NCBI GenBank assembly: GCA_016748015.1
Contig: JAAOMT010000009.1
Coordinates: forward strand, 204,459-268,458
DNA: 64,000 nucleotides
Reading direction: 5' to 3'
Source of the DNA: Geosiphon pyriformis uo1
Taxonomy: Eukaryota > Fungi > Glomeromycota
How positions within the stretch are numbered: the first letter of the stretch is position 1; the number at the start of each line of letters is the position of its first letter. The translations under genes and the position numbers were made by a program. Under the pieces are notes generated by a model. That model did not search any database. It had not been told where the DNA came from and was given only the letters and a program-made list of their open reading frames with translations. Positions 60,656 to 64,000 of the stretch are shown in pieces.

Positions 60656-63600
60656 CTATATAAAATATTAAATTAACAAAAATTTTTAAATATAATAAAA
60701 AACATAAAAAATAGTATAATTAAAAAAAAATTAATTAATAAACTTTAAATTAATATTAAAGATTTTACAAAATATTAATATTCTTAATTATTATAAAAAA
60801 ATATTATAAAAACAAAAACAAAAACCACAAAAAATTTTATTAGTAATAAAAATTTAATAAATTTAATTTTAGTAATAAAACTTAAAATGAAAATCTTATA
60901 TAAAAAAATTTATTATTATTTTTAATATTTAATTTTATATTAATAAATTCATATAAAAACTAAAATAAAAACTATTTATTCAAAAAATTTTTAATAATTA
61001 TTAATTATTTTTATGTATTTTTAAAATTAATAGTATTTTTAAAGAATAAATAAAAAAATATATTTTAATTTTTATTTAATTAGCTTTTAATAAATAATCT
61101 AATTATTATTTATTATAATACAATTATAAAATTTTTTAAAATAAACATAATTTATGTTTTTTTTATATAACTAATTATTTAAACCAATTAAAATTATATT
61201 AAATACTTATAAAACCAGAAACTTTAAAAAAATTTACAAAAATTAACAAAAAACAATTATAAATTAAAATTTATATTAAAACAAACTAAGTAATTTTAAA
61301 TAAAATCAAAATTATAAATTAAATTTTACAAGTTAAATATTACCAAATTATGTATATTAACTAAAATAAAATAATTAAATATTTATTTGTAATATATAAT
61401 CAAACTTTAAATAATTTACAACACAAAAACCAGTCTTATTTGTATTTTTAATATTAATAGTAATTCAATTTTTTAAAATAAAGTTTTTAATAATAATATT
61501 ATATAACAACTAAAAAATTAATAATATATATAATTTATTTACTTAATATAATAATTAATAATAATTATTGTTTTTATAATAAAATTAAAAAACACAAAAA
61601 AATATAATCAGAATTTTTTATTAAATTATAATAAATACAATTTACACTAAAATATTTAAAAAAAATTGGAAATCTCTTTTTTTTCTTAAATTTTATAACT
61701 ATAACCAAAATAAAAAATAAAAAAGTTTTGCACATTATTTTTTATAATAATTAATAAAGTTTTAATAAAAAAAAATATTTTTGTTATTAAAGCAGTTAAA
61801 CAAAATATTTTAATAATATTTTTTAAAATATTAATAATAAAAAACTGTTTTTGGTAATATTTAAAACAATCTTTTTTATTTTTGGTTAATAGCTTTTTTT
61901 CAGTTAAAATTTTTTTTAAAAAGCACATTAAAATTAGTTTTAGTATTATTTTTATCTTCTTTAAAAATTTTAAAGTCTTTAATAATAAGTTAGTTAACAA
62001 ATTAATTTTTTTTATTCTTATTATTATCATTATTATTATTACTTTATAAATAGTCAAAAAAACTTAAAACTTTAAAAAACAACAACAATTGCTTATATTT
62101 GCTATTGTTATACTGAATTTTTTTGTGGTTTTAAATAAAATCTTAAATAAATTTTTTTAATAATATCTAATTTTTTTTCTAATATAAACAACAACAACAA
62201 TAATATATATTCTAAAAAAAAATTAAGATTAATTACTAATTGTATTATTAAATATAATATTTTTTAGCAGATTATTACTAATTGTAAAAACAAAATAAAA
62301 TATGTTTTTAAATATGTTTTTACTTAATTAATCTATTAAGTTATTTAATCTTAAAATTAAAGATTAAATAAAAACAAAATCAATATTTTTTCTTTGTTTT
62401 TTAATATTGTTTTTAATAATATTTGAAAAACAATTTTTAATCATTAAAAATTCTTTGGATAAATAATTTTTGTTTTAATATTTAGTATTATTTTTAAGAT
62501 TAAATTGGCTTTGGTTAATTTTTTTCATTTGCTGTTTGGTTTTGTTGAATTTAAGTCTGTTTTAAAGAACAATATAAAATTTTTTATAAAAATTTTGTTT
62601 TTGATGTTTTTTAATTACTATTATCAAAATTTTTATTAATAATTTTTTTTTAATTATACTTAAAATTCTAAAATTTTTTGTAATAATCTCTGTCTTTTTT
62701 TTATTTGCTATTATATTTTATAATGTTTTTTTAAATATATTTTTTAATAATATTAAAAATACTTTAAATGTTTTTGATATTATTTCTTTAATTAAATTAA
62801 AATCTGCTGGTTTGTAATAATATATAATTGTTTATTTTAAAAACTTTTTTTTTGCTATTGTTTTTGCTTATTAGTTTATTTTAATTAAAAAAACAATATT
62901 AAAATCTTTTTTTAATTAATCAAAAAGAAATTATTATTTTAAAAGATATTTTTAAGACCAAATTAGTTAATTTTTTTTTGGTTATATTGTTTTTAAAATT
63001 AAAAATTTAATTTTTTAAATTAGTAGTTATACTTGTTTTATTTTTTATTTTTCTGATTTTTATTATTATTAATGTTTTACTATTATTACTTTTAAGTTTT
63101 TAGAAATTTTAAATTTTATTATTCTATAAATTAATATTTTATATAAAAATTGCAATTAATAAAAAACTGTCAAATATTATTACTGCTATAAGTATTAAAA
63201 TTTAAGTTATTTAACTGTAAATTATAATATGTTTTTATTTTTTTTTCTTAAATTTGTTTTTAAGTCTATTAATAATTTTATTGTTTTTATTTTATTTTTT
63301 GTTAATACAAAATTTTATTTTAAGGTTGTTGTTTTTTTGGCTCTTTTTTTGGTTGTTTTTTTGGCTGTTTTTGTTGTTAATTCTTTAATTAAATCTAAAT
63401 TAAATTTTTTGAAATTTGAAATTTTTGATTTAATTTATTTGATTAATATTAATTATTATTTTTTTGAATAATTTTTTTGTTTTATATATAGAACTTAATA
63501 ATATGATTAATATTATTTAAAATAAAGTTTTTATTTTTGGTAAGACTAAAACTGAATATGGTTTTAATAATAATTATATAAATAAATATGATAATAATTT

Positions 63601-64000
63601 CTTAAATAATAAAGTTTATACTAGATTAATTACTCTTTAAAAGTATTAATTTAATAGTATTAAGTTTAATATAAATAAAATTTCTAAATATTTAAGTAGT
63701 ATTATTATGAAAAATAATATTTCAAATACTATTTTACATAAAATATCTTTTTAAGGTAAGTTTTTTTCTTTAATTTTAATATAATTTAATTTAAATTAAG
63801 TTTGTATATAAAAAGTACATAAATTATATTTAATTTAAGTTATTTAATTTAATATATTGTATTAAAATAAAAAAATTATACTTAAAATTATTAAGTTTTT
63901 TTTATAATAATTAATAAATATTCATATAAAATTCTTATAAAATACATATAAAAACTAATTAAATAATAATTTAATAATTCAGTTTTTAAATAATTATTTA

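Noticed and set aside
61686-63471. Ile/Lys/Phe-rich ORFs in the terminal AT desert
   Set aside because: Compositional artefacts of near-pure AT DNA; no recognisable domain, and no mitochondrial gene signature

Overview
Eukaryotic, very AT-rich fungal DNA. Spliceosomal intron, F-box/LRR and BTB gene styles and the TE families suggest Glomeromycotina/Mucoromycota; this is inference. Bases 1-33.3 kb are a nest of at least six Ty3/Gypsy LTR insertions: three carry dUTPase, two are full length with paired LTRs and 4-bp TSDs, and one is a solo LTR. All are inactivated by C>T/G>A mutation. At 35.0-41.7 kb there is a full-length RNase H-containing LINE with poly(A) and TSD. A second element family encodes ORF1 only and shares the LINE 3' tail (58.4-60.7 kb; a decayed copy at 33.3-34.9 kb lacks the 3' part). 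A CpG-retaining gene island at 46.5-53.1 kb holds a BTB/POZ gene, an F-box/LRR gene and a secreted precursor of seven Lys-Arg-separated 66-aa Asn/Gly-rich peptides built on a 13-residue repeat, plus two decayed paralogs. At 56.4-57.5 kb a GC-richer island reads, across frameshifts, as a degraded jelly-roll (sobemo/tombus-type S-domain) viral capsid gene, a probable endogenous viral element missed by the ORF track. The rest is extremely AT-rich decayed DNA. The two strongest leads are the Kex2-processed N/G repeat peptide family and the viral capsid relic.
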